64,000 bases of DNA from Entomortierella parvispora E1425 (GCA_020891255.1 BQFW01000015.1:2728001-2792000); one strand, 5' to 3'; positions 12,152-25,313 are shown, numbered from the stretch's first letter. A program made the numbers and translations. The notes: generated by a model from the sequence alone, not told the origin.

Positions 12152-13223
12152 ATGGCCGAAACCACCCCCCGCGACAGCCACGTTTACCTCGCCAAGCTTG
12201 CTGAGCAGGCTGAGCGCTACGAAGGTAACCAGCTGCTGAATATACACCCCCGACAATTTTTCAGACCGCCAGCACCTTTGCCTCGCCACTTTTGCTGTCA
12301 ATTTCTTTTTATTTTATTACATGGTCCCCCTTTCCTATCCATCTCTGTAAAGGATGCTCTTTGCCGCCGTGTATTGTTTCAACTTCTCCTGCTTGGCTGA
12401 GTGAATTTCTTGCCGAGAAGTGCGTCAACAACAACAACAACAAAAATGACAAACGCGTGACCAGACCTGGGTCTGGCTCGTGAGAGAAGGTCAAGAGGTG
12501 GGGGTGAGAACAAAAACGTGGCTTACCTTGGTCTCTGTATGAGGCCTTTTTTCCCGTGTTGTTTTGTGAGTGAACGACGTTATGGACTAGTAGATTTAGC
12601 TGGAGACGAACTAATGGACGTGCTGTCATCATCTGATGACAACCAAAAGGACGTTATTTTTGGCGCAAAGACGCGGACCGGACGTCCCAGAGTTCAGTCG
12701 ACAGGACTGGGGCATTTAGACCAGCACATCTGGAGCAGTTGGCAAGGGCAAGGATGATGGAGATGGTGGGCCGATGGCCCCACCCCCCGTTGACATCGTT
12801 CTCTTTCCCCTGTGCGCCTCCTGACGTTCCCCCAGCTCCTTGTTCCCTTTTTTTCCTTCCAGTTTCTGGGTGTCCCCACCACGTCACATTTTCTATTTCC
12901 TTCTCAGTCATTGTCCCCCTTCTCCGCAATATCTTGCTGGCATGTCATACATGGTGCAAAGGGGGGCAAGCATAGGCAATCCTTGCCTTTGGATCGTTTT
13001 TTTTTCTTTCTTTTGAATTTGTTCAGACTGCTCTGAGGAGAGAGAAAGGGGGGATTACATGGCCCCCCACTTGTTTTTGGCTGGTGGGAACAAGGTGAGG
13101 AAAAACAAGGTTGGAGAGCACGAGGGCTGACCTTTATGGCTTTTTTTTATCTTTCTTTTGATAGAGATGGTTGAGGAGATGAAGGAAGTCGCCTTCACCG
13201 ACCAGGAGCTTACCGTCGAGGAG

Positions 13224-13255
<32 letters not shown>

Positions 13256-14057
13256 TATTGGTGCTCGCCGTGCTTCGTGGCGCATTGTTTCTTCCATCGA
13301 GCAAAAGGAGGAGTCCAAGGGTGCCGGTGACCACGTCTCGATGATCAAGACCTACCGTGCCAAGATCGAGGAGGAGCTCGCCAAGATCTGCAATGATATC
13401 CTCATGGTCTTGGAGAAGCACTTGATCCCTGCCGCAGGAATGGGCGAGTCCAAGGTCTTTTACCACAAGATGATGGGCGATTACCACCGTTACTTGGCCG
13501 AGTTTGCCACTGGCGAGAAGCGCAAGGAGGCTGCCGATAAGTCTTTGGTGGCCTACAAGGCTGCTTCCGAGGTTGCCATCACCGAGTTGCCCCCTACTCA
13601 CCCCATCCGCCTCGGTTTGGCCCTCAACTTCTCTGTCTTCTACTACGAGATCTTGAACTCTCCCGATCGTGCTTGCCATTTGGCCAAGCAGGCTTTCGAT
13701 GATGCCATTGCCGAGTTGGACACCCTCAGCGAGGAGAGCTACAAGGACTCTACATTGATCATGCAGCTCTTGAGAGACAACTTGACCCTCTGGACCTCTG
13801 ACATGCAGGATGGTACAGTGCTTTGCCATTTGAGTGCTTGCCTATCTCCAACGTGACAATCTGTTACTGTTTACTGACTCTTTTCTCTCTCTCTCTTCAT
13901 ATTCATATTCTCCCTGGACTCGATGACGCCAATTTTTGTTTTGGAATGATCAACGAACGACACGCCCAACTTTCGATTACCCAAAAACACAACTGTCGAC
14001 GGCAACCAAACAGCCCCCAGACCTGATGCTGAGGCAGACCCCGCTCCCGAAGATTAG
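12152..14057 (+). CDS. 14-3-3 protein
   Basis: Exons 12152-12224, 13165-13812, 14014-14057: [14 protein letters not shown]...[20 protein letters not shown]...[20 protein letters not shown]...[15 protein letters not shown]. Confidence 0.98.
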
Positions 14058-14185
14058 AGTGCAGTCTTTGATGACTTTTGTTGACGAGAACACAATCAAA
14101 GCCCACCCCCAGAAGAAGACGTATTCCCCCCAACCCCCTTTCCCGCATGCTATTAAAGGCACCGAGTTTATTTTCCTTGAGTTCT

Positions 14186-15115
14186 TCAACTACACCGATA
14201 AATATAAAATTGCTGTTGACTTCCACCGCATACAAGATGTCGCTGCAGTTCTGGGATTTCCCATCGCATGGACAAAACTACCTTTTTTTTGCTTTCAATC
14301 ACATCAATCAGAAGAGGGGCGAGCTTGGACAAGGCCTCTGGCAGCAGGTAAACAAAGACGTGGGAGCTGGACCGGATGAGTGCTTCCATTGTTGCAGTGT
14401 TTGACTCTTCCAGCTGGGTTGTGGGGACCATGATGGGCAGCAGAGGGTCATGTTGGGCGATGATGTCTCCATAGTAGAGTTCTAATCTTGAGAGGATGGG
14501 GTCTCCTTCCGCCTTTTGCTGCTTTTCTTTTGTCAGAAAGGTGTCGCGAGATTGTTCCAACAAAGCTTTGTCCAGATCGACACCAATGGCTCTCTTCAGT
14601 TTGGAAGGCGGAAACGTTTCGAGAGCTTGGCGCAAAACCAGGCCATCGCCACATCCAAGATCGAGAAGGGTATCTTGACCAGGACTCTGAAACTCGACAT
14701 GCTGGAGCATAGTCTCGAGGAGGTTTTGAGGCGTTGGCCGGAAGGGAGAGACAAATCCACTGGCCCTGAAATAAAAAGAGTCGAGTCAGATATGTAACAA
14801 GAGAACACGCGCCCTTCCATCTATTCCTCCTTCTCCTCTCTTCTTCCTCTCCTCTCTTCGTGACATTATCCGTATATGTATATCCACAGGGACCCCTCCC
14901 AAGGCGATTACTGTTCCTTACCAATCGTAAGAAAAGAGGCGTGATCCTCCTGCTCCATGGGGCTGGGTCTCGTTCAACAGGTCTGGATTATCCTTGTAGC
15001 GATCGTATTCTTCTTCCTTGTCCTCTTGTCCGATTTCCATGCCCAAGTCATGCTCGTCAGCGGGGCTTCCTTCCTGGAGCTGTAATGGTGAGTACTGCTG
15101 AGTGTTTTCTTCCAT
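14186..15115 (-). CDS. Class I SAM-dependent methyltransferase (FAM173/ATPSCKMT-like)
   Basis: Two exons; FVSPFRPTP followed by LLDLGCGDG, AIGVDLD, VFVYLLPEAL; acidic N-terminus. The family assignment is inferred from motifs. Confidence 0.75.
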
Positions 15116-15805
15116 GGTGCCCAGTGAAGAATGCGAATGCAACGTTGGGAAACTTGAATGCGAAAAACAAAGGCGCTGTCTTCCACGTGACCGTCGCGTT
15201 CAGGAAAAAAAAGTCGCGTTTCGCGCATGCCTTTTTTTTTTTGCTCCATTCTGAACGACTTGTGCACTGCAGTTGCACTTATCTTGTTGATCATAGTCAC
15301 AGAAGAAAAACTTAGAAGAGCTGGTGTCCGGTAGAATGTATCAAAGCCAGGATCTGTATCAAGAAATGGAGAGAGATTGGCACCGTATTCAAGAAAGTCA
15401 CCAAAGAAAACAACACAGACGAATCAAAGAATAAAGATACAAAGAACGATACGAAGGGGCAGGAAGATTGATCGATTGTCCAAAGTATTTCGACCTTGGG
15501 ACTGGGTCTGACAGTATCTGTCATTTCTTTCAACAGATAGCGTATTTTATTTGCTCTGTCATCGTTACTGAGACTTGAGTTAGCAAAGTTGTCTTTCAGA
15601 ATAGGATAGAGGCCGAGTCGAAGTACTTTGTTTCAATGGTTTACTTGAAGTCAGTGTTGCCACTCTTCCATACTCCACATATAATGTTCGCATTGGTTGG
15701 TCCACATTGTTAATGGACTGTGCCCCTCAACCCCCCTCGGCATCCACACGTTGGAACTTGATAACAGACTGGCGACAAAGACTTTTATTTTTTATTGTGC
15801 TCAGT

Positions 15806-17507
15806 TCACTTGGCTGCAACAGCAGTTGTGGGCTTTTCAGCCTTGTTCTGGTTTCCCTGCATGGGCTTGCGGTCTGAAGGACCGCCACCACGGGCATTGT
15901 TGGCGCGGTTTCCTCCTCCACCACGAGGACCATTTTGTCCATGCGACTGAGGTCCTCCTCCTTGGTGGCTATTAAAGGCACGAGGTCCTCCGTTTGCGTT
16001 GTTGCTGTTCCGGCGACGTTCCTCCGCCAACACAACCTCGTTTCCGACAGGAACTGTGTTCTGCTTCAAAGCCGCGTTCATCGAGTCGGCGGTTGAGAAG
16101 TCCATGAAGGCACAGTTCCTCTTTTGAGTGTATTCAAGATGGGTGATGTGTCCAAACTTTGAAAATGCATCTTTCAGCTGCTCCAGCGACATGCGTTCCG
16201 TCACGTTCTTGATGTAGATGGAGTGGTATTCCTCTCGTCCATTGGGTCGGCTGCTCTGTGGACGTGGGGATTGGGACGCCTGGCTCGGTGCTTGGACCTT
16301 GGTGGCAGAAGAAGGTGCCGATGGAGCTGTCACGGGAGCGGTAACGGCGCCAGCCTTTGCAGCAGCTACCTGGGTGCCCCACTGTGTCGAATTCTTGGCA
16401 GCGAGCGTTGCCCAGGTGTTTGCCTTGGGTGGTTGGGGGGCTGCAGGAGCAGGGGCGGGAGCAGACGTGGCGGCAGGCACGGCGTTCTCGGCAGAGTCCT
16501 TGACTGGCTCCTGGGTGATCGACTTTGTAGAGTCAGAGGGGTTCACAGCCTCAGGTTTCTCCTGGATTGAGTCGTCGGCTTTGGTGTCCTTTTTGTCTGT
16601 AGCCTTCTTTTCAGTTTTCTTTTCAGTTGTCTTCTTCTCAGTCTTCCGCTCTGCAGTCTTTTTCTCTCCAGTCTTCTTGGTCTCTCCACTCGTGACCTGA
16701 GTCAAAGGGGCGACGGGAGCCTGAATCTCCTGAACCTGCGTCCTGGTCACAGTCTCTTCCGTAGCCGCAGTAAGATCAGTAGCGGGTGCGCTAGCCTCAA
16801 CGGCGGCCTGGAGGACGGGCTTTTCCTCCGAGATCGGAGCCTGATCATGAATATCCTGAGAAGCAATGACGGCATGGGTTGGATCGGCGTGGTTTTCCAG
16901 AGATGCGATTGCCTCTTCCTCATCCTCTTCATCATCGAGGTCCTCCTTCAGGTAGCGGAAGAGATCGTTCAACACATAGAATCCTCCGTGCTGTTCCGCC
17001 AAAAAGAAGGTCTGGACAAACTTTTGAGCTGGCCCTCCCTTGTTGGAGAGTTCGCCGAGCACCTGGATAATGATGCCGTTTCCAAAAGATTCCTGACAGT
17101 CTACGTTGCTGACCAACACTCTGCAGTCATCAAACTCGAGGCCTGCAATCTTGGTCTTGATGGCCTAGATAATGCAAGCAGCGGAAGGAGAGGTGGGGCA
17201 GTGGCATGGATTAGGACTCAATCAAAGTGTTTTTTTCAAGTGGCAACCATGGCTCATCCATGATGGAATAGTACGTCATTGTTCAAGCACATGCCTGCAG
17301 ACCATGGCACGCCTCCACATCCTCGCCTTGGAAACCATGGCTCAAGGTTGAGTTTTTCTTGTAAAAGAGATGGAGACGCAATGGCTCCTTGTTCAAGAAC
17401 GTATAGAATTCGTGGACAAAGGCCATGCCGACTTCAAGAGGGTTGACGGAGGTGGCGGGGGAGGCGCCTTCAGGGGCGGAGGGGGTGTTGGCGTCGGTAG
17501 CAGCCAT
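15806..17507 (-). CDS. G3BP: NTF2-RRM-RGG protein (G3BP/Nxt3/Bre5 family)
   Basis: VGMAFVHEFYTFLNKEPLRLHLFY...KFVQTFFLAEQHGGFYVLNDLFRYL, RRM (SIYIKNV...CAFMDF), RGG tail; the single intron has a GC donor (17165-17294). Confidence 0.93.
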
Positions 17508-17765
17508 TATGGTTAAGTTCTGGCTTGGTGAGGCGGAGAGGAGGAGGAGGGAGGGAGTGGAAGAGAAGGGGATGGGATGGATGAGGAAGAAGAAAAAGAG
17601 AGGAAAAGACGATGTGTGTCCCGGGGAGACTTTGGGGGGTATTTGTCCGCGTCACTCACTTCTTTTTTTCCCTTCTTTTCTGATCACAGCTGCATGCATG
17701 TCGAGCGCGTTTATTTGTTGTCTGGGGTCTGCCCCCCTCTCCATTTCCTTTGCCTTTCGCCATAT

Positions 17766-20038
17766 TTACTTGCTAAAGTCTACAAAGAACTCCCAGCGAC
17801 CCTCAGCAAGGCCCTTGGCAGTGTCTTCCAACACGACCTCACGGCGGCTGCCCACGTACACTGTCTTGTCGAGGACCTGTTGACGCAACTCTGCAATCTT
17901 TTCCCGTTCGATGGGCTTCTCCAATAGTTCGCTCAGTGCCTCAACTGCCACCTCCAAGTCGCGCTGGTTGTCCTCGAAAAGATCCGTCATGTTGTTTCGG
18001 GCCAGGTAGAAAGCAAAGGCATATGTCCAGCGGAGAGTCATACGGCATGATGTCAAGACATCCACAGCCTTCTTGAGGAACTGAACTTCAATCCAGGACA
18101 AGTCACTGGTCCGCTGCATCTCCTCCATCTTCTTCTCGGTCTTCGTGTACAAGTCACGGTCCAGCTTGGCCGAATGCTCGTGGTTCGCAAAGCGGTTGTA
18201 GTACTATCAATTGGTTCAAGAGATCAAAAGAGTCAGATCGGCAAAGTCGGTGTCCAAAAATCGAGTTGGTCAAAGAAAATGAGAGGAGACTTACATGAAG
18301 GTATCGCTCGAGCGATGCTCGGGACTTTGCTTGCTGATCACGAGCGTCTGTGCTGCTGGTTTCTTCGAAGCGGTTACAGTTATACCAGCTGGTTCCATGT
18401 TCGGACCAGGGACCCATGCAGACCCAGCAAAACTCGTATTTACACTTGCGGCATGTCATATGGTTGCATCCTCCGTTCTTCTCAATGGTTGACAGACACT
18501 TTCCACACTCCTTAGTATGGGCCGAGATCCAGTTGGCTGTCTCAGAGTCATCGGCGCATTTTTTCTGCCACATCTTGACTAGTCCACATGCAGCCGGCTG
18601 ATGGTCACCAAGACCGCAACCAAAACAGAACTTGTACCCACAAGCGCACAAGACTGTCGGCACCACCGTCTTGAATGAAGAATGTGGAAGACGACAGTCA
18701 ATGGCGTTCTCGCAATTTGGTGCTGGGCACCATCGGAGGTTATCAAGGTCGGCAACATACGCTCTATCCTGCAACTGTTGATATCTGTTCCAAGGAGAGA
18801 GGGAGGGGGTAGAAAGAGAGGGGAGGGTAAGTCCTAGTCCACAAGCTCACAAAAAAAGTCAATATTGGCCGAACAGGATGGCCTTCATACTTAGCAATCA
18901 CCGTGGGTTGCACGGCCTTCTTTATAGTCTCCTCATCCACGATGGTATTGCAACCAGACTCGGGGCAAAGGATCCGGCGGCACTCGCCTTCCTCAACAAT
19001 CTTTTGGGTGAGGTATTGTTCATAGCATGGCTGGCAAAAAACGTGGCCGCATCGAAGTCCCAATGCAGGACCTGCACTGCTATCGTCGAAGCAAATCATG
19101 CAAACGAAACCTCTTGGCCGTTTAAGAACAGGTGTGTGCACATCATCCAGGACAATGCCCGCTTGATTCAAGATCTCTTGAGAATGATCCATATATCGCT
19201 CCACAAGGCGCTCCTTGTTCCATTTGAAGCTCCTGAGCAATGCAGTCGCCTGTTGCAAAGACACACCCAGAATGCCGGAAACATGGCTTGCGGCGGAAGT
19301 TTGGGCAGCCATGATATCGGCAAGGGGCAGGACTGAGAAATCGACCTCGTACGCCTTTTTGCGTTGCTTCTCTGTAATCATGTCCTGGAACCCCATGTCC
19401 CCTGTTTGTCCAAACTCGGTGTCTACAGAACAAGTGCATAAAACCAAGGAAAAGATCAGTACAGAGAACAGTGGTATCATTCATTGTGCTCGGACTCTGG
19501 GCACAGGGGAACGGACAGCGCAGGAGGGCGAGCATGACAGGCACGGAAAGGGTCACTGCAAGTGGTGGCAAAGCACAATGGAGGTCCTTTTGGAGCAATG
19601 ACGGGCTGCGCCATGGATCGAGACCAGGGGCATTTTTCGCTGCTCGGTTTGAGTCAGCTTCTGCCGCAGCAGCAAACAACCATGGTCGCCATGGTGAGGG
19701 ATTGTGTCGACACGCATTTGAAGAATGGGGGAAGAACAGGCGATGACAATAAGGGGTCGACATGCGTGCTTTCTGGAGTCCATTACGACTCACTCCTGGA
19801 AATGATTGTGAGCACGAAGTAATTCATCCAAGATAGGATTCTTACCAGACTCATCCTCGTCATCGTCTTCAAAGTCGTTCTCGTCATAATCAGAAGAGCC
19901 TAATGGAGGTGGATAGCAAGCAACGCCATGGAGTGAGTTTGAGGATAGGGTCATGAAGAGTGTTGCATTCAATGAAAGAAAAAAAAAAGTCGGCGTCTTA
20001 CCCTCGAACTCATCTTCGCTTATGGTTCCTGCGCTCAT
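17766..20038 (-). CDS. ARI1: Ariadne RBR E3 ubiquitin ligase
   Basis: Acidic N-terminus, RING1 (CMICFD...CGHVFCQPC), IBR (WCPAPNC), RING2 (KECGKCLSTIEKNGGCNHMTC), Ariadne domain (TLRWTYAFAFY); 4 introns. Confidence 0.96.
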
Positions 20039-20280
20039 GGTGTGTGGGTGTGGTGGCTGTAGTGGTGGTGGCGGTAAAAGAATAAGATATAAAGAAGAAG
20101 AGGAAGAAGGACACGAGAAAGAGGAGTTGATACAATGAGATGGAGTGAAGATGAATGAAGGAAGGAAGAAAAGAAAGAATGAAAAAAAAGCCAGAAGGAC
20201 GGAAGGGTGGAAAAGGGGACAGGACAGAGACAGATAGACAGAAACACACACACACGCCTCCAATCTTCCCGCTGCGTTGA

Positions 20281-20310
20281 GTGTGCAGTGTGCAGTGTGC
20301 AGTGTGCAGT
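20281..20310. repeat. (GTGTGCA)x4 heptamer tandem repeat in the ARI1/orphan divergent promoter
   Basis: gtgtgcagtgtgcagtgtgcagtgtgcagt read directly. Confidence 0.9.
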
Positions 20311-20554
20311 GTTCCCTGATTGAGCACCGCTGACTGACTGACTTTGGCCCTCTTCTTTCTTCCGTCGGATCCCCCCTTCTTCTCCTTTGCCTGTTCTGTT
20401 CTGTTCTCCTCCCCTGCACGGGTCGTGTGGTGGCGTTTCGTATTCTGATCTCATTCTTTGTTCATTCATTCGTTTATTCATTCGCCCTTTTGCTGACTGG
20501 GTGGTCTGTCCATTCCTCTCCTCCTACACATCCCTCCAGCTCATCTCAACGTCA

Positions 20555-21822
20555 ATGGCTCATCGACCGCGCACTCCAGCTTTGCCTCGGCCCCTGCCGC
20601 GCTCGTTTATTCTCGACCACATGGCAGCCCCTCGTCTAAAACGTACACTGGAGCCTACAGCGCCAGGTCGCTCCAGCGAGTTTGAGCTGCGGATGGCTTC
20701 CAATCCCTACGGTACTTCAGAAATATGTAATCCAGTTAGAAAGAAGCCGAGCCACACAACGCATCTAACGCTCGTTCACCACACAGCTGCTATCCTTGCT
20801 TCTCCTATCCGCATGTGCATCTACACCAGAAAGATCCTACCCAACGGTAGGAAAAGATCTCCTCGGCGCTTGGATTTAATGTTTACCGTCGCAGGAAAAA
20901 AAAACTGACGCCGATCCGTTGAATAGGTATGATGACTAGGCTCATTCAGGCGGCGCCACCTCATGGATCAGAAGATAATCGTCCCTGGATCGTCCCTGAT
21001 CGGATACTTCCAACAGACACAGCTTCATCGCGGGCAGGCGCGAGTAGATGGGCATTCTCTAGATCAGACATTTTAGCCGGTGTTGCAAAAGAAGGTAACG
21101 CACGCGTTCTCACCCGTAACAAACATGCCAGTAGATCTTTCAACTCAAATCCTCCTTACCATTGTTCTGTGAATATAGGAAAGTATAAAATATTGAGCGC
21201 GTGGGCGCACATGCGCCCTGACACGGCTGAGCTTGTCTATGCTCAATGGACAATACGGGTAGCAAAGGACTTTCAGGTCGCGGTGAGGGATCGAAAGAGG
21301 GGTGCACGTGTCTTTACCGCAGTCAAACAAGTCAACGCGGGCTCGGATGCCAGCCAAGACTCGTTGGAGACCAACAATGACATAGCATTCGAGATACCAG
21401 AGAACAGACGCCTCCAGTGCGTGTTGCATTTTAAAAGCTATGGGCACGAATCGACGCGTGCTGACTCGACAGCTGATAAGAATCCCCCTGACCTGGGGGC
21501 GCTGCCTTCTAAAGCCGCAGTTCCTTCAATTAGTCTTCCAACGTTCATGCCCCGGAGCCAACTCCAGAGCGAGGTTAGTCTGTGCCGCAAAGGAACGAGC
21601 TGCGGCAGAGTGCCAATGTACGACATGGATCTTTTATTTCACAACAACCCCAAAGGGTTGGAGGCAATACTGAAAACATTCCTGGATCAAGTAAAAGATC
21701 CCATGTCTTTACTTGCGGACGAAGATGGACTAAAGATAGGTCTTACGGCAGCCCCACACACGGTGGAGCTAGCTCAGGGCTTGTTCAAGTTGGTATCCAT
21801 GCATCCAGATCCTTCGCAATAA
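20555..21822 (+). CDS. Hypothetical (orphan) protein
   Basis: 297-aa ORF 20929-21822 with a protein-like composition; probable upstream exon from the ATG at 20555 (TACG|GTACTT ... GAATAG|GTATG). The 5' structure is uncertain. Confidence 0.55.
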
Positions 21823-21919
21823 ATTCATCAACACATGTAGAGTAATGAAAAAAGCAAGTGTGGAGTGCATTTTTTTTTGGAATCGTTTTTTTTTATGTAT
21901 TGGCGCGCTGTCTCCACCT

Positions 21920-23003
21920 CTAGGAGTCGATGTCCATGCTTTGGTTGTCAGCTGCAGCTGCCGAAGATTCTGCAGTAGCCTTGTTTTCTGTATCAGCATG
22001 CTCGTGCTCCTTTACAACAACATCCTCTTCCATCTCTTCTTCCATCTCTGCTTGACCTTCATCTAGGCCCTTCACGACCAATTCCACTTGGGCTTCCCGC
22101 TTGAGTTCATCGATCTCTACGGGTGCTGGAGACAAGCTTTCAAAGTCCTGTGGCGTGTTGGCCTGGGTCTCGACCGGGGTTTCAAGAGAAGGAGTGAACA
22201 CGAGTCGTCCAGAGTCCGCATCATCATCGTCCATTAGATCTGCCCTATTCCTGATGGATTCTGGCCGCGTCGTCGAAGGCTTGGTGGGTGGGTGACTTGA
22301 GGCTGCCGCAGGTTTCTCGTGGTCCATGTAAGCCTGGGAGGTACGGCGGGAAGAATGTCCAGCTCGATCCTCTTCATCTTCGTCTTCTCCTGTAGGCATG
22401 GGCGTGGAAGCATTTGTTTCGTCAGCGTCCTGTAGCGTGGGAAGGGCTGGCAAGGGTGTTCCTGCCTCCTACATAAATGAGGTTTATAAAAAGTCAGCAA
22501 GGCTGAGTTTTCACATAATGTCACGCGGCCATTACAGGAACCCTCAGATTGCAGCTATGGACAAACCTCCTCTGCAAGACGGGGAACTGGTGCCTGTTCA
22601 ATCTCCTCATCCTCGTCATCATCATCAAAGTCAACTTGGCGTTCCGCTAAATATGAGGAGGCGCAAGATTGTCAGAAAATAGAAGACCTGGCTACGATTT
22701 CCAGTAACTGTAGTAATTTGCAGCAACAAGACGTACATTTCACCCATTTAAACACTTGAAGCCCTTTTCCGTTCTTGGATTCTGCCCACTTTTTGTCCCT
22801 GCATACAATAAGGAGAAAGCCAGTCAGTCGCCTATTTTGTTCCATCGCGATGAGGTTGAGAACCCAGGAGATGTACATGCTTGATGTGTGTCAAGCCCAT
22901 ACCAGCATTGAACTGGCTGCAACACAGCCCTCTTGAGACGGTCGTGTTCTCCTCCTGCGGTGTTCCTGACTCCTCTGCCTTCTCTTGGACGCGTCGAGGT
23001 CAT
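21920..23003 (-). CDS. BCL7-like (BCL7/Rtt102/DUF1711-type) protein with acidic disordered tail
   Basis: Four exons give MTSTRPREGRGVRNTAGGEHDRLKRAVLQPVQCWDKKWAESKNGKGLQVFKWVKSERQVDFDDDD, which matches the BCL7 N-terminal W-[DE]-K-K-W...[IV]-[FY]-K-W-V pattern. Confidence 0.75.
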
Positions 23004-23301
23004 TCTATGAATAGTTGTGGTGGATGGTTTGCAGGTTGCATCTCTGAGAAAGAGAAGGTGCCAATGTCGATCTATGCAACAAATGCGATTGAGGTCGTAC
23101 TTGTGCGTGACAATTGGCACGTGACCTGATTTGCAAAAAATCTCCGAAAAGGCTGCTGGGCTTTGACTCGGACAATCATTTTCTCTGGGTGAGTCAGTGT
23201 CCAGGTGGACGCCACCATCTTGGCCTCTGATATATGACAGCCTTGCTCGTCAGTTGTTTCCTCCTCCTTCCTCCCTTCCTGCCACTTGAACTATATCCGT
23301 C

Positions 23302-24229
23302 ATGGCTTCGACCTCCTCTGTCCGTACTGCCACTGTCTCCAGAAAAACAAATGAGACTGACATTCACATCTCTTTGGCCATGGACAGCGCTGGCGCTCAA
23401 ACCATTGAGATTGACTCGGGCATCGGCTTCCTCGACCATGTAGGGTTGCAATCCATTGTTTCTACCTCTTTCACCTCAACGAATGTAACTCGCCTGGTCT
23501 CCTTTTACAAGGAGCTGACCATATCATGTATTTTGCTCTCCTTTCCTTGCTTCCCCGTCCCTGATCATAGATGTACCATGCTTTGGCCAAGCACTCTGGC
23601 TGGTCTCTGTCCCTGAAGTGCAAGGGCGATCTTCACATCGATGACCATCACACAGCAGAGGATACCGCAATTGCTCTTGGCATGGCTTTTAAGAAGGCTT
23701 TGGGAGAACCTCGTGGAATCAAACGATTCGGATCAGCATATTGCCCCCTGGACGAGGTATGCAATTGGACTGGCCATATTGGGAGAGATAAAGACGGAGA
23801 GTGAACTCATCTCTTTTTTCATTTATTCTCTAGGCACTCTCAAGGGCTGTGGTCGATATCTCTGGAAGGCCATTTGCAGATATTAACTTGGGATTGAAGC
23901 GGGAGATGATTGGTACGCTTTCTTGCGAGATGATTCCTCACGTTCTCGAGTCTTTTGCTCAAGCAGGAGGCATCACATTGCACGTTGATGTCCTCAAGGG
24001 CTTCAATGACCATCACAGGTAAGCCGCGGAACATCTGTTGACATTCGAGCCAAGGTTAGCTTTGCGAATGACTTGAAGACTGACTCCCAATGCCAATCCC
24101 GATTTTTTTTTATTTTTTTTTTACTTTGTTAGAGCGGAAAGTGCATTCAAGGCCTTGGCAGTGGCGCTCAAGAGTGCCGTCGAGAGAACAGGCACGAATG
24201 ATGTTCCCAGCACCAAAGGAGTGCTGTAA
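23302..24229 (+). CDS. HIS3: Imidazoleglycerol-phosphate dehydratase
   Basis: [53 protein letters not shown]; 3 introns. Confidence 0.98.
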
Positions 24230-24926
24230 AACCAATGCACCATAGAACATAAAAATAATACTCGCACGCGTTCTTGTTCGATACCAACATGTCCTTGGTG
24301 TATCACGTAATGATGAAAAGTGTTACCAACTATTATTGGGCTCTGACCCGCGGGGCGGGGACCAGAAAAATGTACATTTTGGCTTGCACACTTGCTCGAC
24401 GCGTCATGGCCCAGCAGTGTTTTCGATCGCATTTGAGAGCCAATGGGTCAGTGTTTTTTGCGCCAGAACAGGCCGTGGCGTTCTTCAGAATGGAGTAGAC
24501 GAGGCAAAAAAGATGAAGGCATCCCCGAGGAATCCAAGACGCCGACTTCCGTCCAATCTGCATCGCTGGATTGCGTGCGAATGTGCACTCTGTGGCCGCG
24601 TTGGCAGCTACGCAAGAGGTTGCCGCGTAAAGCATGGGAAGGACATAAAAGAGGAGAGACGGCGTTTGATCAAGCTATCTGCTGCGAATGTTTTCCTTGT
24701 GCTCTCGGACCAACGAGACAGTGCTGTGGATGGTAAAACCAAAGCGATCGTGATCGAAATTACTTCTTCTTCCTTTCCTTTTCCTTTTTTTTCTTCCCAA
24801 CTTCTCTCCCAAACGCACTGACAACGCCCTGACACCCCCTTCCTCTTGCCTTCTTGTTTGCTACCCCCACACGCCTCTCCCTCTTCACCCGAACTCTTCT
24901 TACCAAGTCAAACACACTTTACATCA

Positions 24927-25282
24927 ATGGCTTCCACTGCTTCGCCCAATTTCTTTGCCAGACTCCGAATGGCGAAACCCAAGACCACTTGCTCAAAGAA
25001 TCCTGTATGAGAGAAAGAGAGAGACACAGATTCAGTTGATATTGGTCATGAGAGTTTGTGCTGACCTTCTTGTCCCTTTGCAACCATCCTCTTTCTGTTC
25101 TAGGATGCCCTTCGAATTGGTATCCTTGGTGCCGCCAATATCGCGCCGACCGCCCTGATCAACCCGGCGAAGAGCATGAAATCCATTATCGTCGTCTCTG
25201 TCGCAGCCCGTGACCAGGAGAAGGCCAAGGTAAGACTAGCAGTGAGAGAGATGCAAACACACGAGGGTCGCACGCAAAAGGG

Positions 25283-25313
<31 letters not shown>

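Noticed and set aside
20908-20929. Apparent frameshift at a poly-A run between two ORFs of the orphan gene
   Set aside because: More simply explained by an intron ending at GAATAG (20926).
24230-24900. ORFs between HIS3 and the oxidoreductase
   Set aside because: They overlap on both strands with no protein features and are likely terminator or promoter DNA.
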